Source: Paramecium tetraurelia (lineage: Eukaryota). From it: a stretch of 64,000 nucleotides of DNA. Position numbers and translations under genes: made by a program. The DNA lies in assembly GCA_000165425.1 (NCBI GenBank), contig CT868096.1, positions 62,001 to 126,000 on the forward strand, written 5' to 3'. Shown here one piece after another: positions 26,187-39,890 of this stretch. The notes beneath the pieces are model-generated. The model had not been told where the DNA came from and made no database searches. It saw only the letters and a program-made list of their open reading frames with translations. Within the stretch, counting starts at the first letter, position 1, and the number at the start of each line of letters is the position of its first letter.

Positions 26187-29100
26187 TCATTATGCAATAA
26201 TAATTATAAGGTATACTATTGATAGAATGGGACTAAAGAACTATTCGATTGTGATGTCAACACTAAGATCTGGGATTTGTTTTTTTCCTTTTTTGCATTA
26301 GCCAATTAATGATTCGTAATAGCATTCATCAATTCTGCTGTTGCACTCATCTGCTTCAATGATTTTGACACATTCCTTAACACAACCCTCTAAGGTTTCA
26401 TTGTTTTCTTTGATTTAAGTACTCCAATAGCAACGATCTGAGGCTTAAGAGCATTATTCCTTAGATAAAAATGAAGAACAAGGAATGGACTAACACCTTC
26501 CATTAATGAAAGTGCAAACATTGGTTTATTTATTGCAGAAGCATCTCTCAGTTATCTATTCGCATTGTCTACAAATTAATTCACTAGTCAAAACACAAGA
26601 ATAGCCATTCATTTCATTACCTTGACATATGGTGGTTGAGGGTCCATATAACCTAGAATATAATAATAATTAAAAATTACTCGCATGGTTAATTTGTACA
26701 AATTTCTGTTTCATCTAATAGTGCGAACTTCTACCAATTACATTTGAATCCATTGAATGTCAACTTGTTACAAATACTTAAAGCTTAATCTCCAAAATCC
26801 TTTTGGGAAATGTGTGAACATGATTACAATTATTAACATTGCTTATTGATATCTAAATAGCATCCCTCTGTTTATTAGCATTCATCAGCCTTGATATCTG
26901 TACAGACCTTCTTTCTGCAAATTCCAAACTCATAAAAGCAGTTCGAATTGGAACAATCTGAATAAGGACAGAACAATTCAAAGTTATTAGAGGATATACA
27001 TTATTCATGTCCTTAAATACAAGGAACTTAATTGATAAATATTGATTAACAAGGTTGACTTGCATCGATGATATCTTCACATATTTTAGCAGGAGAACAT
27101 CCATTAGAATCATTTAAATAGCAAGTCTTGTCATCTAATGTGCCTTTGCATTGTTCCTTATTTAAATGATAACACTGTTTCTTAATACATTAATTTTTGG
27201 AATAAACACAATTAGGATTATTAGCACAATCCTTTGGGCTCTCTATTTAACAATATTCTTTTTCTTGATCAGTTTTGCATTTACAATCTAGGTTATCAGA
27301 GTTCCATTGACATAAATTATTCTCAATGCAGATATTTTTATTTATTCCTTCTACATTGCATAAATCTACACTAAGTAAAGGACTTTGACATTTTTTGTTG
27401 ATAGCATCATACATACAATTCTGATCTTACAAGGATGCACAAGTCTTAGCATTGACTTGTGAAATAGTCATACAAGGAGAGGTCGTGTCTGTAAATAGCT
27501 AACATTTATTTTCCTTAAAAATGCATGGTTCAGTTAAGACTTCTGTGCATCCTAATAAATTTAACCCAACTGTATCACATTTCAAAGTATAAGGATTAAA
27601 TTTACTTGTACATTAATTAGTTTTGATGTTATAAATACAGGCCTTGTCATTGATACTTTAACAAGCAAGAGAATTTACTTATAATGTTTAATCACAGTTA
27701 ATATTAGATGTCAATTCCTCACATGTGGTCTCATTCCAAAAAGTATTCATTTCAGTATTTCTCAGACATGCCAATTTGGAAATCCCAGTTTCTAAACTAT
27801 TTGCAGTTGAATCTTTGCAACTGCTGGTGGTGGAATCGTAAGTGCAAGCAAATAGAGTTTGAATTTGACAAACAAAAGGAGAGACTTCATTAAAATCAGA
27901 GCATTTCCTCTGATTAGCAATTTAGTATTCACTACAGGAATTAGAGGTTGAATTCCAATAACATCCTTGATTTGGAATAGAGAGACAAGTTTTTTTACTG
28001 ATGCCTTATGATAAACAACCAATAGTGTCTAAACTCACACCAACACAGGAATTCTACAAATAAATACTATTGACACTGTTTTATATGCAAACGTTGATGT
28101 TCACATTAGTCATCAATTAGTAATCAGATTTCCAAATCATACATTTGCCTTACCAAATACAATATTAATTTGGAGTCCTGATACCTAAACAACCCCAGAC
28201 ATTCAGAGTGTTTGTACACAATTAGCTATCAAAAGAAGTGAGTGTCTAACAACTACTAATCCAAATACATGCTTAATCCTATTTGCGAGAGTTTATGCAA
28301 TCTTCCTTCGTTTACAAATTTTCACATACGCTTGTAAGGAGAGGCGATTGATATTCCTAAGTTTATTTTTTGATTAGATTAGATATCAATTCATAATCTG
28401 CCAATTGATCCTTGATTCCTTAAGATGGGGAGCACTTCCCAAATTAACTATTATAATAGCAGGGATCTTTGGCATTAGTATAACAAGCTGGAGAATTAAT
28501 ATCTGAAGGCAAATCTTTGCAAAACAGTTTATCTACTATTTGCTTAAAGTCTTAGCATGAATTATTAAGCCATTAGCAACTAATTTCATTACTCTACAGA
28601 CAAGCAGATTTGTTGAGAAACCTGGTGCATTCAATTTACACTTTATTTACACACGTATTTTTATCCCATGAGCAAATAGATTAGGATAACTCACAAGCTT
28701 TCTTATTATAATAATTTTCACATGTTGTTGGTGTTACTTCCAATTTGGTACAAGTTTATGTAAGGTCATTAAAAAAACATGGTTCTGCTTCTACAGCCTT
28801 GCATCCCAAATTGCCATTAAGATGGCTTGCAGAACTGCAATTTGTAAGTGATACATTAGAACAAGTTTTAGTAGTTGAATTCCAAGAACAAAATTGATTC
28901 ATTGTCTTAACCTATTAACAAGCATAAGAGTTTAGTATATCTGAACAAGTAACCAAATATAAATTTGCATTCTCACAATATCCTCCTCCACTTGGATTTA
29001 CTTACCAAACACATGGGATTGTTGTTAAGTTGATGCAGGAATTTTTATTGAGTCCATATTAATTACAGCTGCTTAATTCTACTATGTTTGATATTTCTGC

Positions 29101-32100
29101 ACATCCATTTTTATTCTAGTTTAAACTACAGGTTTTACTGGTTTGTCCTGAACACAAACTTAATGATGCTAAATCGTATCCACTTGTTATAGAACAATCA
29201 GCTGAAGCCAATGTTACTGGCTTACATGATTTACTAGTAGTATCCCATTTGCATTGTAAATTTGATAATCTAATGTCCCTACAGGCTCTTTTATTTAAGT
29301 CATCACATAATGTCGTTTATTTATTTTCAAATTCAAGAACATGAGAACATTTTAAGTTACTCCATTTGCAATGAAGTTCCTTAGTCACATCACTCAAACA
29401 TGCCTCCTTAGATAGGTTTGAACAACTTATCTGATAATCAGTACTCACTAATTATTGGCAAGTATTAATGTTGTATTTCCATAATCCTGATTATTAGGTA
29501 CATCCATACTTATTAAGTGAGCTACCTGATGCTAAACATGATGTTCCATCAAAGTAACATGTCTATTTAACCTTGTTGCATTCCTTTAATGTTGTACCTT
29601 GACAAACAGTTCCCTGATATTCAGCTGTAAATTTGCATTTATGATCAGAATGAGAATACATGCATTCATTGTTGCTAATTCCTAGACATGCATTATAATT
29701 TAATTAAAATGTTATTAATTATGAACATTAAGTTATAGTATTATCTACAGAAATACATTATCCATCCCAATAGCATTTCAGATTAGAATTTAAATGACTT
29801 AGATTTTCAGTACAAAGAAATTCTGGCAATTTCTCACAAGTGAGACTGGAAAAATTGGAATCCAAATAACAAAATCCTCGACCACTCTTTGTATATCCAT
29901 GGGTACAATTTTTATAGTTGTAGCAAACTTGATAAGAGTGATATCCATCTAACGAGGGGCAAAGAGAACCTCCAGAATTCATATCGAAACAAATGTTATT
30001 ATCTGAATCATATGAGCATTTGTGCTATTTATTTTAAGCTGTACATAGTTGTATTGTTGATAAATCTGAGCAACTGTTTACACTATATGGCTGCATTATT
30101 GATTGGCAATTTGAATTAAAATAAATACATTATGGGTATTGCAAACAAAATAGATAGTTTGTTTTTTCAAAACTATCACACTAATAGGAAGTATTTGGCA
30201 AAGAAAAGCATGAGCCATTTTTTAAAACACATTTTTAATTGTTTGAGTTATTACTTTCACAGTTTAATGGAGTATCTTGGCAGAGAATATCAGAAGAAAA
30301 TTAACATTTGTTGTTAAAATACTAACAAAATTAAGTAGGTAAGTTTAAACAGCCAAAGCCATTTAATCCATCGGAGTCACATGAATATAAATCATATTAG
30401 GTGACATCATCTATTTTCTAACAGATAGATCCTTGCTTGATGTAGAAATTTTGTTCTAAAATAGCAGAACAATATAGACTATTAAGAGTAGTTGGTAGAT
30501 TATTAGGTTAAATTTCTTCACATACTGAATCTGCATTTAAGTTACAATGATGTGTCGATCGACAACTAAAACTATTTAGTAATGAACAATTTGATGTTGA
30601 TGTAATTTGATATTCAGGTATGTACTAACATTTATAATTGATGAATGCACATCTTCGATTGAGAGTCTAAAATATACAAGATTTAAGTGATAAGCCATTA
30701 GTATCGCACTCTTAATTGGTATCTGGAGGAGCCTAACAACCACTTGATGAATTAAACAAACAATTATCAATTGCAAAAGCACATATATTTGGATTGGTTC
30801 CAGCCATACTTTTCAAAGTAGCACAATCTGATTATAAAGAAACTGTTGAGCACTTCTTGTTAATAATAATATTTGATGAATCTGTAGTATTTATTACTTA
30901 ACAAAATTATCCAGGAGTAGTTACTTTAGTACAAGCTGCTAAATTGGCTTACTTACATTGTATAGTATTCAATAAGATGTTTGTATCCATTTTTGATTGT
31001 GTCAAAGTTCTACATACTTAATTGATGAATGCACACATCGTAACTGGGTTGTTTGATGAATCTATACCAGTCATTCCACCGCATCTATGGATGTTCATTT
31101 ACTCCGATTCACCACAATCACTCAAAGTGGTCGTCAGAATTGAACAAGTATTGCTTGTATAGGTGCAATAATTTTCTTTCATGAATTGTCTACTCATATT
31201 TGCTATCAAAGCTTTGCACACTCGACTTGGTGCAGTCGCATATTCATCACAATTATTAAAGTTTTCAGAATAGTTCCTACATCTGTTTAGATTTGAATCC
31301 CAAAAGCAATTTTATCCTTTTGTTGTAATGCTTACACAAGCCAATTGGCTTACAAAATTTGATTCACATTCTAGAGTTGAAAGCAATAAGCTATCAGTTT
31401 ATAAAAATTATACGCATTGATTAAATTTCACATCAAAATACGTATAGGCAGTCTAAATGGCTTAACAAGCATATCTATTGATGTTCTAATCAAATGCATA
31501 TGAATTTTAGAAAGTGGGAGAGAAACAAGAGTGAGTGACAATATCGTAAATGCATAGGACTTGATAAATGGATTGCATTTTGCATACTTGATTATTAACC
31601 TTTTGAAGTGAGGTACAACGAATTGAATTGATTTACTCAACTGAAATTAATCTACACAATCCTGCTGAATATTAACAATACTCTCCATTCACACTCTTCT
31701 AAACGCATGCATCTTCAGATAACCCATTTCCAGAACATTCAATTTAACTCACTTGAACTGAACTCTTCTCAATGCAGGAATTAGTATCTTGATTGTAAAC
31801 ACATGTGAGAGTTGGGACAGATAATTTGGCTTTTTAACACAGCTTTTCATTTACATCTACCAAATCTAAGCAATTCTTTAACTTAACTTCTGATTCTGAG
31901 AAGCAATTGCAAATCTATAAATATTAATCCCAAGCACAATATCCAGATATATTTTTAATGCAATGGTATTTATTAATCTATTATAAATCGTTTGAGAAGT
32001 TGTCCTTTAAAAATGAACAAGTTCTTTGTTACTGATTATACTCAGTAGCAATTGCATTATGTTTGCATAAATTAATATTACACAAGGTCTTTGAATCTCC

Positions 32101-33636
32101 ATCTATGAAAATGTCATGAGTAATTAGTAACGGTTAATCTAAGATATTAATGCATTTTCCTATGTCTTGTTACCAATAACATAATTAATCACTCAAACTT
32201 ACCTTTGTACAAACAAACAAGTTAAATGCATCTTCGCATTTCATAATTAATATCTCATTACTTGTTAAAGTATAACATCTATTCAAATCTTTATTCCAAT
32301 TGCATTCAATCTTTAACATCATACAAGTTGACTTACTTAAACCTATCTAATCGCATAAACTTGGTGGACCACAAACAATTTGTGATGAAATTGCCTTCTC
32401 CCCTAAATCTTTACAACTAGTTGGACAAGCAGTATTATTGTCAATCGCTAGACATGTATTAATACATTAATTTGACGATGTATCAATATAATAATTCAAT
32501 TTATCCTAGCATTATGAACTTGTAAAAGCATCTGCTACTTATTAGCCAGGATATTCATCTATATTCACGCATGGATATTCATAATCTTTTCCTCTTAATT
32601 TACATTTCTGTTTTAAAGAATTAAAGTAAACACATTATGTGTAATTTATCGAGTGGCAATCTAATACATAAGCATCAATCTTATTTTAGTCATATAACTC
32701 CTTTTATTCATAGATTTAGCAACTTCCCTTCGAAAATACATATTGGTCAGTAATCGAAGGATTGTTATTCAAATATTTACAATATACATGATTCACTCCC
32801 CGCACCTCACCTGTTAGACTGAAAATGGTTGTGAAATCACTATCACTTTCAATTTCCAGTGCTATGCATCCTTCTCTGTACCTGTCACTCTTTTACACTA
32901 TATTTTAAGTAAAAATAAGATACAATTAGATTGAGTTATTGATTTAGACTCTCTTATTGTATACCACTAAAATTTTCCATCACTCGTTTGATAATTATTT
33001 TACATAGACGTAGTGGCTGGATCATTATACGATTTGCTATTATCCACTTCAATACCCAATTCCATTTTATATAAATTATCAGCCTCGGTTAACAAATCTG
33101 GCGAATATGAGATTAAGTTCCAAAGAATTGTATGATGCATAACCAAGTAATTCTAAACATGTGGACAAGCAGATGCACTGTACAAAACTGATTCAAAGTC
33201 ATCTTAAATTTGATTCCATTAAGAAGCACGCAAACTTGTACACTCATCATCTTTCCAAATACATACGAACTCAGGATTTTAAACAGATAAACATCCGGAT
33301 TTCGATAAACTGTTGAAACACTTTTCAGTCTTTAAGTCTGGGATCTCCTCACAAACAGAAGTGAAACGACCTTTATTTAATGTTATTCTTACATTTTGCT
33401 AATTCCCCAAAAACATCACCAATCTATCTGAGACAGGCCTTCTTATTTAATAATTAGCTGCATCCCTGTAAATAATCATTGGTTTTATAGCAAAGATGTC
33501 TGATTGTATCCCACATACACTTATCAGAATCCCCACCTATGCATTATTGATAAGTTTGATATTGTTTGCATAAATCTAGTCCGAAACTTGCACTGAAAAA
33601 AGCTAAAATCAAAAATGAGATTTTCAAGGAAATCAT
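26187..33636 (-). CDS. Large Cys-rich, probably GPI-anchored surface protein (surface-antigen-like periodic Cys/Trp repeats)
   Basis: Signal peptide MISLKISFLILAFFSASFG; dozens of periods of the form LNxxACxx...C.W....C; hydrophobic C-terminus FFSPILSIVYLIIIAQ*; few introns (~32898-32923, ~26655-26680). Confidence 0.88.
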
Positions 33637-33814
33637 TGATATTAATATATTTTTTCATTTTCAATTATTTACCTATTTCTTACAAATTCGCAAATCATAA
33701 TTTAAATCTTTTTTTTTTAAGGAACATATAGCTTAGTAAATTTGAATTTGAAAAATGAATAAAAATTGGGTCTTAATTTTATATTTGATGATCAAATTCA
33801 AATGCAAATAATAT

Positions 33815-36800
33815 TCAATACTTTCTATTTTAAGAAATCCTCTAGTAAGAGAATCCCGACGTAGTTTCAACTGATTGAACTGTCTAAATGTTTGTAACTT
33901 CAGTATTTTATCTATACTAATTTACTAACTATTGTTGAACTTGCTTCTCGTTGTTACTTCTTAAGACATCCAATTCTGCTGACATCATTGCAACCAAACA
34001 CAATAAATCAGTAATTTTGTTAGACAAGTCCTCATTTGATTGGAACATTGAACTATTGTATTAAATGTTAATATTATTATTACTACCAAAATTACCTGAT
34101 TGCCCATTTTTATCCAGAATATTTGTTTTCGCTTTTAATCTCTAAATTTCAAGTGAAAGCATTGCTATCTTATTTTCATATTCAATTATCAATTTCTTCA
34201 ATCTCTCATACTCATCCAAATCTATTCCTAACGTTTTATTTTATAATTCAGTATATTTAACAGTCATTTCTTTTACTTGGGTGGTCAATTAATTGAATTT
34301 CTCTTACATTGGCTATAGAATCCCTGACAACCTTTCGTTTTCAGCTGCAATCAAAAGATACTAAAGCAAAATCTCATCTCCAGTGTCAGCTTTCTTTAAG
34401 GCATCTTAAACCTAGTTCATTAAAGTCTGTTGTTAGGACTCCAAGAGCTCGCATCTTTCAATAGTTTACAATAATTCAATATGTTTTGCTTCCAATAGTT
34501 TCTTTAATCTCTCTATTTCATTTATAAATTATTGATTCTTATTCACAGCGTCTCGATTAGTCTTCTCAATTTATCTATACTCCAAAAGAGCCAATTCTAT
34601 TCTAGAATGCTTCTATTTCCAATCTTCAGTTTCAGATGTTATTTGTTTCACCAAAGAATTTAATCTCTCTATTTCAGTCATTAACACTGCTATTCTATGA
34701 TCCGATTACTTAAGTCTCTCCTCCATATTCGAATATTCATTAAACTTTAATTCTAATTATCTGATCTTTTCCTTATAATCCTCAGCTATTCTCCTTAATT
34801 TAGTCAATTCTTCCTGATTTCCATTAGTTACTGCTTATTATTCTTGCAATGTTTATTACAGATTATTATTCTAATCCTACAATTAATTATTAGATTCCTC
34901 TAAATTTTAAACTTCTCTAACCAACTAAGAGATCTCATTTTCTTTCTAAGCTAATTCATCTTATTATTATGCAATAACAGAATTTGCTCTATCTAATTCT
35001 GATTTAGCTTATGCAAGTTCATCTTACAAATCTCTCATTTGATCAAGATTGTTTTTCAGTTTTCCTAATTCCTTTTGTTATTAATCATATTAGTTTTTCA
35101 TTTGATCTAACAACCCTCTTAATCTTTCTAATTCTCTATCAGCCAATTGCTTTTATCCAGCTTCTCTATTTAATTGTTGATTGTCTTTCTCAAACTTTTA
35201 CAAATCGTCTTCCAAAGTGTCAATATAGTGATCCATTTCCAACAACTTAGCCTCCAAATCCTTTACTCTTTTTAAGGCATCTTCTAATTCCTTTTACTTT
35301 TAATCGAATAATCTCTGCTTTTCCTTTAGATTATTTTATAAATCTGAAACCTTGTCATTTAATTAATTTTTCTCATCTTGTAATTCATTGAGCTAATCTT
35401 TTATTTCATCTAGTTATCCTAAATTTTAAGTTTAATTTTCTAAATCTTATTATAAGTTATTATTTTCCTATGCTAATTCTTGATTCTACCTCCTTAAATC
35501 GTCTGATTGTTATTTCAAATTTTGATTTTCTTATTAAGATCTAGATAAATCAGTTTAAGCTTTTCTTAAGTCTCCTTACGCTTTCTACAGATCTCCTTAT
35601 GCTCTCTAAAGATCTCCTTATGCTCTTTATAGATCATTCTTTGATCTTTGCAATTCATTATTCATTTATGCAAGTCTTGTTTCACTGTCTCTAAACAACA
35701 ACTATAATTTATTAAGTTCATCATCTTTTGCCTTTAATAGCATTTTATATCTAGATAACTCTTAAGCCAAACCAACTACCTTTTCTTCTAATTCATCTAT
35801 CTTTTGTTACAAGAGTCTGATTTAATCATCATATGAACCTTAATTCTATTGCAGTTCAGATAGAAGTCTCTATAACAGTAATATATTATATAAACCTTTA
35901 AATCTCCAATTTCTCTATCTTTTGATTACAATTATTTTTTATTTTCATCAAGGCTCTTCAATAATTAATCAGGATTTTAGTTATTCAATTGAGTTTTCAA
36001 TTTATCCAATTCTGCAGCCTTTTTTTTTAATTAATCAAGTTCTTTTTGAATGTCAGCTATTAATGAATAGTATATATTATTTTACATGGATTTGAGAATT
36101 GTTTGCTGATTTCATCAAATTTATCAGCTTTTTATCTCAATTTTTCTAATTCCTTTTCTAAATCTGAAAAATTCTTGCCATTCAACTTTTTATTAATATC
36201 ATCAAATTATTATGCTTTTTTTTTCAAATTTTCTAATTCTTTTAATAATTCATCTAAAATTTCACTCAATTAAGATACCTGGACCTTTGGCTCCTATTTT
36301 CTTCTGCAAATCATCTAAAATCTTTGCTTTTTTTCTTAGCTCTTCTAATTCTTTTGAAATTTCTTCAGGCGCCTTCCCTCCAAAGAGTTTATTTTATAAT
36401 TGTAATTGCAATTCTAAATCTCTTTATGATTTTCTCCAATTTGGATCATAATCCTTTAATTGCTCTTCCAGTCTTCTAATTTCATCTTCCAACTCTCTGA
36501 TTATTATCACAAGTCTTTCACGCTCCTCAGAATAGCTATTTACTTCACTAAAATATTATGATTTTTCAAATATTACAATGTTTGATTTTTCAATTTTTCC
36601 ATTAAATCCCTTATTTACATCTCATAATTGACTCGATCTAATCCTGAGTCTATAAAATTTTGAATCTCCTATTTCAATTATGTATTTTCTCGAACAAGTC
36701 TTTCTACCTCGACTGCCATTAAAAAGCATGCAATATCTAATTCCTGATTTTATCGTTTTCCCAAATCATTTCTTAAGTAATAAACTTCAATACTTATATC

Positions 36801-36906
36801 TCACTCTTGTTTCATATCCTGGAACGTTCAACTCCTTTTAGATTGAATCTGACGCAAATCTTTAAGACGTATACGAACTTTAATAAGTTCTTTAGTATCC
36901 AGACAT
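33815..36906 (-). CDS. Long coiled-coil (cortical/cytoskeletal-type) protein
   Basis: MSGYQRTYQSS...; continuous heptads; recurring motif MAVEVERL / MTEIERL / AAENERL; several tiny introns; S/T-rich tail ending QNRKY*. Confidence 0.8.
35571..35648 (-). repeat. Imperfect 21-nt tandem repeat encoding heptad units of type DLQRAQG
   Basis: The + strand shows agatctccttatgctct-like units repeated 3-4 times. Confidence 0.75.
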
Positions 36907-37685
36907 TATGATAAATTATATATTCCGTTTTTATTTAAAACCACAGTTATTCCATAAACATGAAAAATACCAAATACTCTTAAAGAGAAAGGGTTCAATA
37001 ATTGATACTAAATAACTATTTTATTATTGTTAATATAAAGATACAAGAAATAAGGTACTTGAAATTAAATCAACTTAAATCAAGATTTGGATTATAAACA
37101 GACATTTAATCTTCATAATGATGAAAACTTATCATAATGATATTTTAAAATTTAGAACAAATTCTATTTATTCATTTTTGAAGATTATAAAATTCCTTTT
37201 ATCATTGAAGAATATTAGAATTATTCTTCATTTTACAACCTTATGTTTTTTGGGATTGATGAGATTATCTGATTTTCATTATAGTTTCAATCAACATAAA
37301 GGAAAAATTATTGCTAGGGAGTTTGTATTATTTGAAATATTTAAAAGACAAAATCTAGTTCACCTTAACATTCGTGAATTTTGAGATGTAGGAATTCAGA
37401 TTTATAGAATTCATAGCAATCCTTCATCTACAAAGAAAAATTGAATAATTAAAATAATGTCATAGATTATTTGATTATCAAATTAGACAAGCTTTTTAGA
37501 GTGAGAAAAAATTCATCTTGAACTAAATTAACTTATTAAAGTTCTGAAGCAGCATTTAAATCTAAAAAATCTATAATTTGAAAGAAACATAAAAAATTAA
37601 CCATCTTAAGAATATAGGAAAAAATATATATTCTCCTTTTTTTATATTCATAATATATATTTGATTTATTATCAATAATATTTTT

Positions 37686-38231
37686 ATGGAAAACTTATCA
37701 TTGTCTTAATTTATAATGGGTTCAATAATCCTAGTAGCCATTTATGTGGTCTATTAGATTTTTGACTATAGAAGCAGTATTAAAAGAGCAGAAGAAAACA
37801 CATAGCAAGGATAAACTGAAGAAAAGTCTTTAAGTCCTCCTAATCCAGAAAAATTAGGTATGTAATTTAACTATAAAAAAAGAGATCGCTTCGTTAAAGG
37901 TGATGACATTAAAAGATGTTTAACACAACAATGGGTTATGTGGCAAGAGAGTATTTGTAGCAATAAAAAATTTTGTATTTGATGTAACGAACTCAGGTAA
38001 TCATATATATTTAATTTAGATGCATATAAGCCTGATGGTCCATATGGAGTATTTGCAGGACATGACATATCAATATCATTAGGAAAAATGAATATATCAG
38101 AAGAATTCTTAGATATGTATGGCACTGTCACATAGCCAGAAGATGAAATAGCAAATATGAATAGTTGGTTTAGTTATTTCTATACAAAATATCCTGTAAT
38201 TGGAAGATTAGATGATAAAAAATAGGATTGA
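37686..38231 (+). CDS. Membrane-associated progesterone receptor (MAPR/PGRMC)-like cytochrome b5 heme/steroid-binding protein
   Basis: N-terminal TM helix; VFVAIKNFVFDVT, YKPDGPYGVFAGHDIS, WFSYFYTKYPVIG; two introns. Confidence 0.9.
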
Positions 38232-38351
38232 ATAATTAATAATATTATAAAATAGCTATTTATAAATAGATTCTTACACAAGTCCATTTTGAAATTGAAA
38301 CGATAAACCTTTTAAAATTTATAAACTTAGTAAACAAAGTAAATTAGTTCA

Positions 38352-39855
38352 TCAACTAGAGTGAAAATTTCCTAATTTATTGTTCTAATTTTCTTTTGAA
38401 AGTGCATGAACCTTGAGCCATTTCAAATAGAGTTCCATTTTCTTTTTCAATGATGACTCAACTGATAATTTCACCCAATCTTTGATAAAGTTGATTTCTT
38501 TCTCTAGGTTGATTTAATTTAGTAATAATTTTGATTTTTGATTTAATAAAATAGTAAATAAAGTATGATATCCTTTTTTTAACGCTTCAATGCTGAGTGT
38601 ATTTATAAATTCAATAATCTAAAATAGATTTTATGTTTTTCTTTTGGAATTAGATTTATTTATTTAAAGTTTTAAACAATCCTAAAAAGTATTTAATTAA
38701 ACTTTTGTCAAAATTTGAGCAAAAGAAACATTATGTTTTCTTATTATTAAGGTTGAGTTTTAATTTTATTTTAAATCTTCAAATTTAGATTGTGTTCTAC
38801 GGATATTTTGTAAGTTTTGTTTTTTCAAAGTTGTTTGTGAAGGCTCTCTTCTTTTAGTTTAGGATATTGGTTGATTTTCTATAGAATCACTTGATTTAGG
38901 ATAGTGAAATTTGCTGGAGTTAGTTCTCTCCCTAAAGGTTTTATTGAAATAGTAAAATCTTTGTGTTTTATTATCAAAACTTTGATTATTTTCATTAAAG
39001 GAATTAAATTATATTTGTAAATTTTCTTTTGAAGCAAAAAAATCAAAGATGGCAGACCAGTTGAATCTATTTTTCTCCTATTTCTCTAAACAACCTTATA
39101 AAAATTTAGTGGATTTTAAACTAATTTTTGGTTGCTTTGGTATTATTAGGGATTGATTTTATAATTTATCTAATAGGTCGATAATATCGTTCGTCATCCA
39201 AGGCAACTTCCCAAACAATAGCTCAAAGAAAACAACTCCTAGAGACCAAATATCGCATTTAGAAGTGTATTCTTATTTAAATAGAATTTAAGGAGCCATG
39301 TACATTGGAGTTCCTACAATAGAAGTCATAGTATTATTGATTCTTCTAGAGAATCCAAAGTCAGCTATTTTCAACTAGTCATTGTCAAATAAAATATTGG
39401 CAGGTTTAATGTCTCTATGAATGAAATTGTTTTAGATGATGCATTTCAATCCTTTAATTATACTTTTGATTAGTTTAAGGGCAGATTCTTCACTTAATGG
39501 ATTATGTTGATTGAGATAAGTCTTCAAGTCAGTTCCATTACAGTATTCAGTAATGATGTACAAATTGTTGACAGATATAACAAAATCAATTAGCTAAACA
39601 ATGTTTGGGTGATTTAATTGTTTCATTATGGATATTTCTTAGCTTTGAATATCAAAATCAACATTTCTTCGATCAATAACTTTGATGGCTACTAATTTTT
39701 CTATGAATAAATTAAATTTAATTACAAGTAGTCTCATGTTTTCCTAAATAAACAGTTCCATACGATCCTTTCCCGATGATAGCTTTGAGACTGAAAATGT
39801 AGGAAGAAATTCTCTTATCAGGTGGGTAATTGATAATTTCTTGTTTTTTATTCAT
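38352..39855 (-). CDS. Ser/Thr protein kinase (ULK/CAMK-like ciliate family)
   Basis: IGKGSYGTVY, VAIKVID, IHRDIKPANIL, IADFGFS, VGTPMYMAPQ, DIWSLGV; 3' end approximate. Confidence 0.9.
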
Positions 39856-39890
39856 ATTATTTTACTATATTTATACACTAAATTTATAGC

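Noticed and set aside
36960..37640. Possible gene between the coiled-coil and PGRMC-like genes (track ORF 37118..37384)
   Set aside because: Frames are interrupted by TGA and show no motif; at most a decayed remnant.
38232..38370. Alternative-frame extension of the kinase C-terminus (NQEIFTLVDELIYF...)
   Set aside because: The main frame has a normal TGA at 38352; the alternative frame runs into the convergent gene and cannot be supported without reads.
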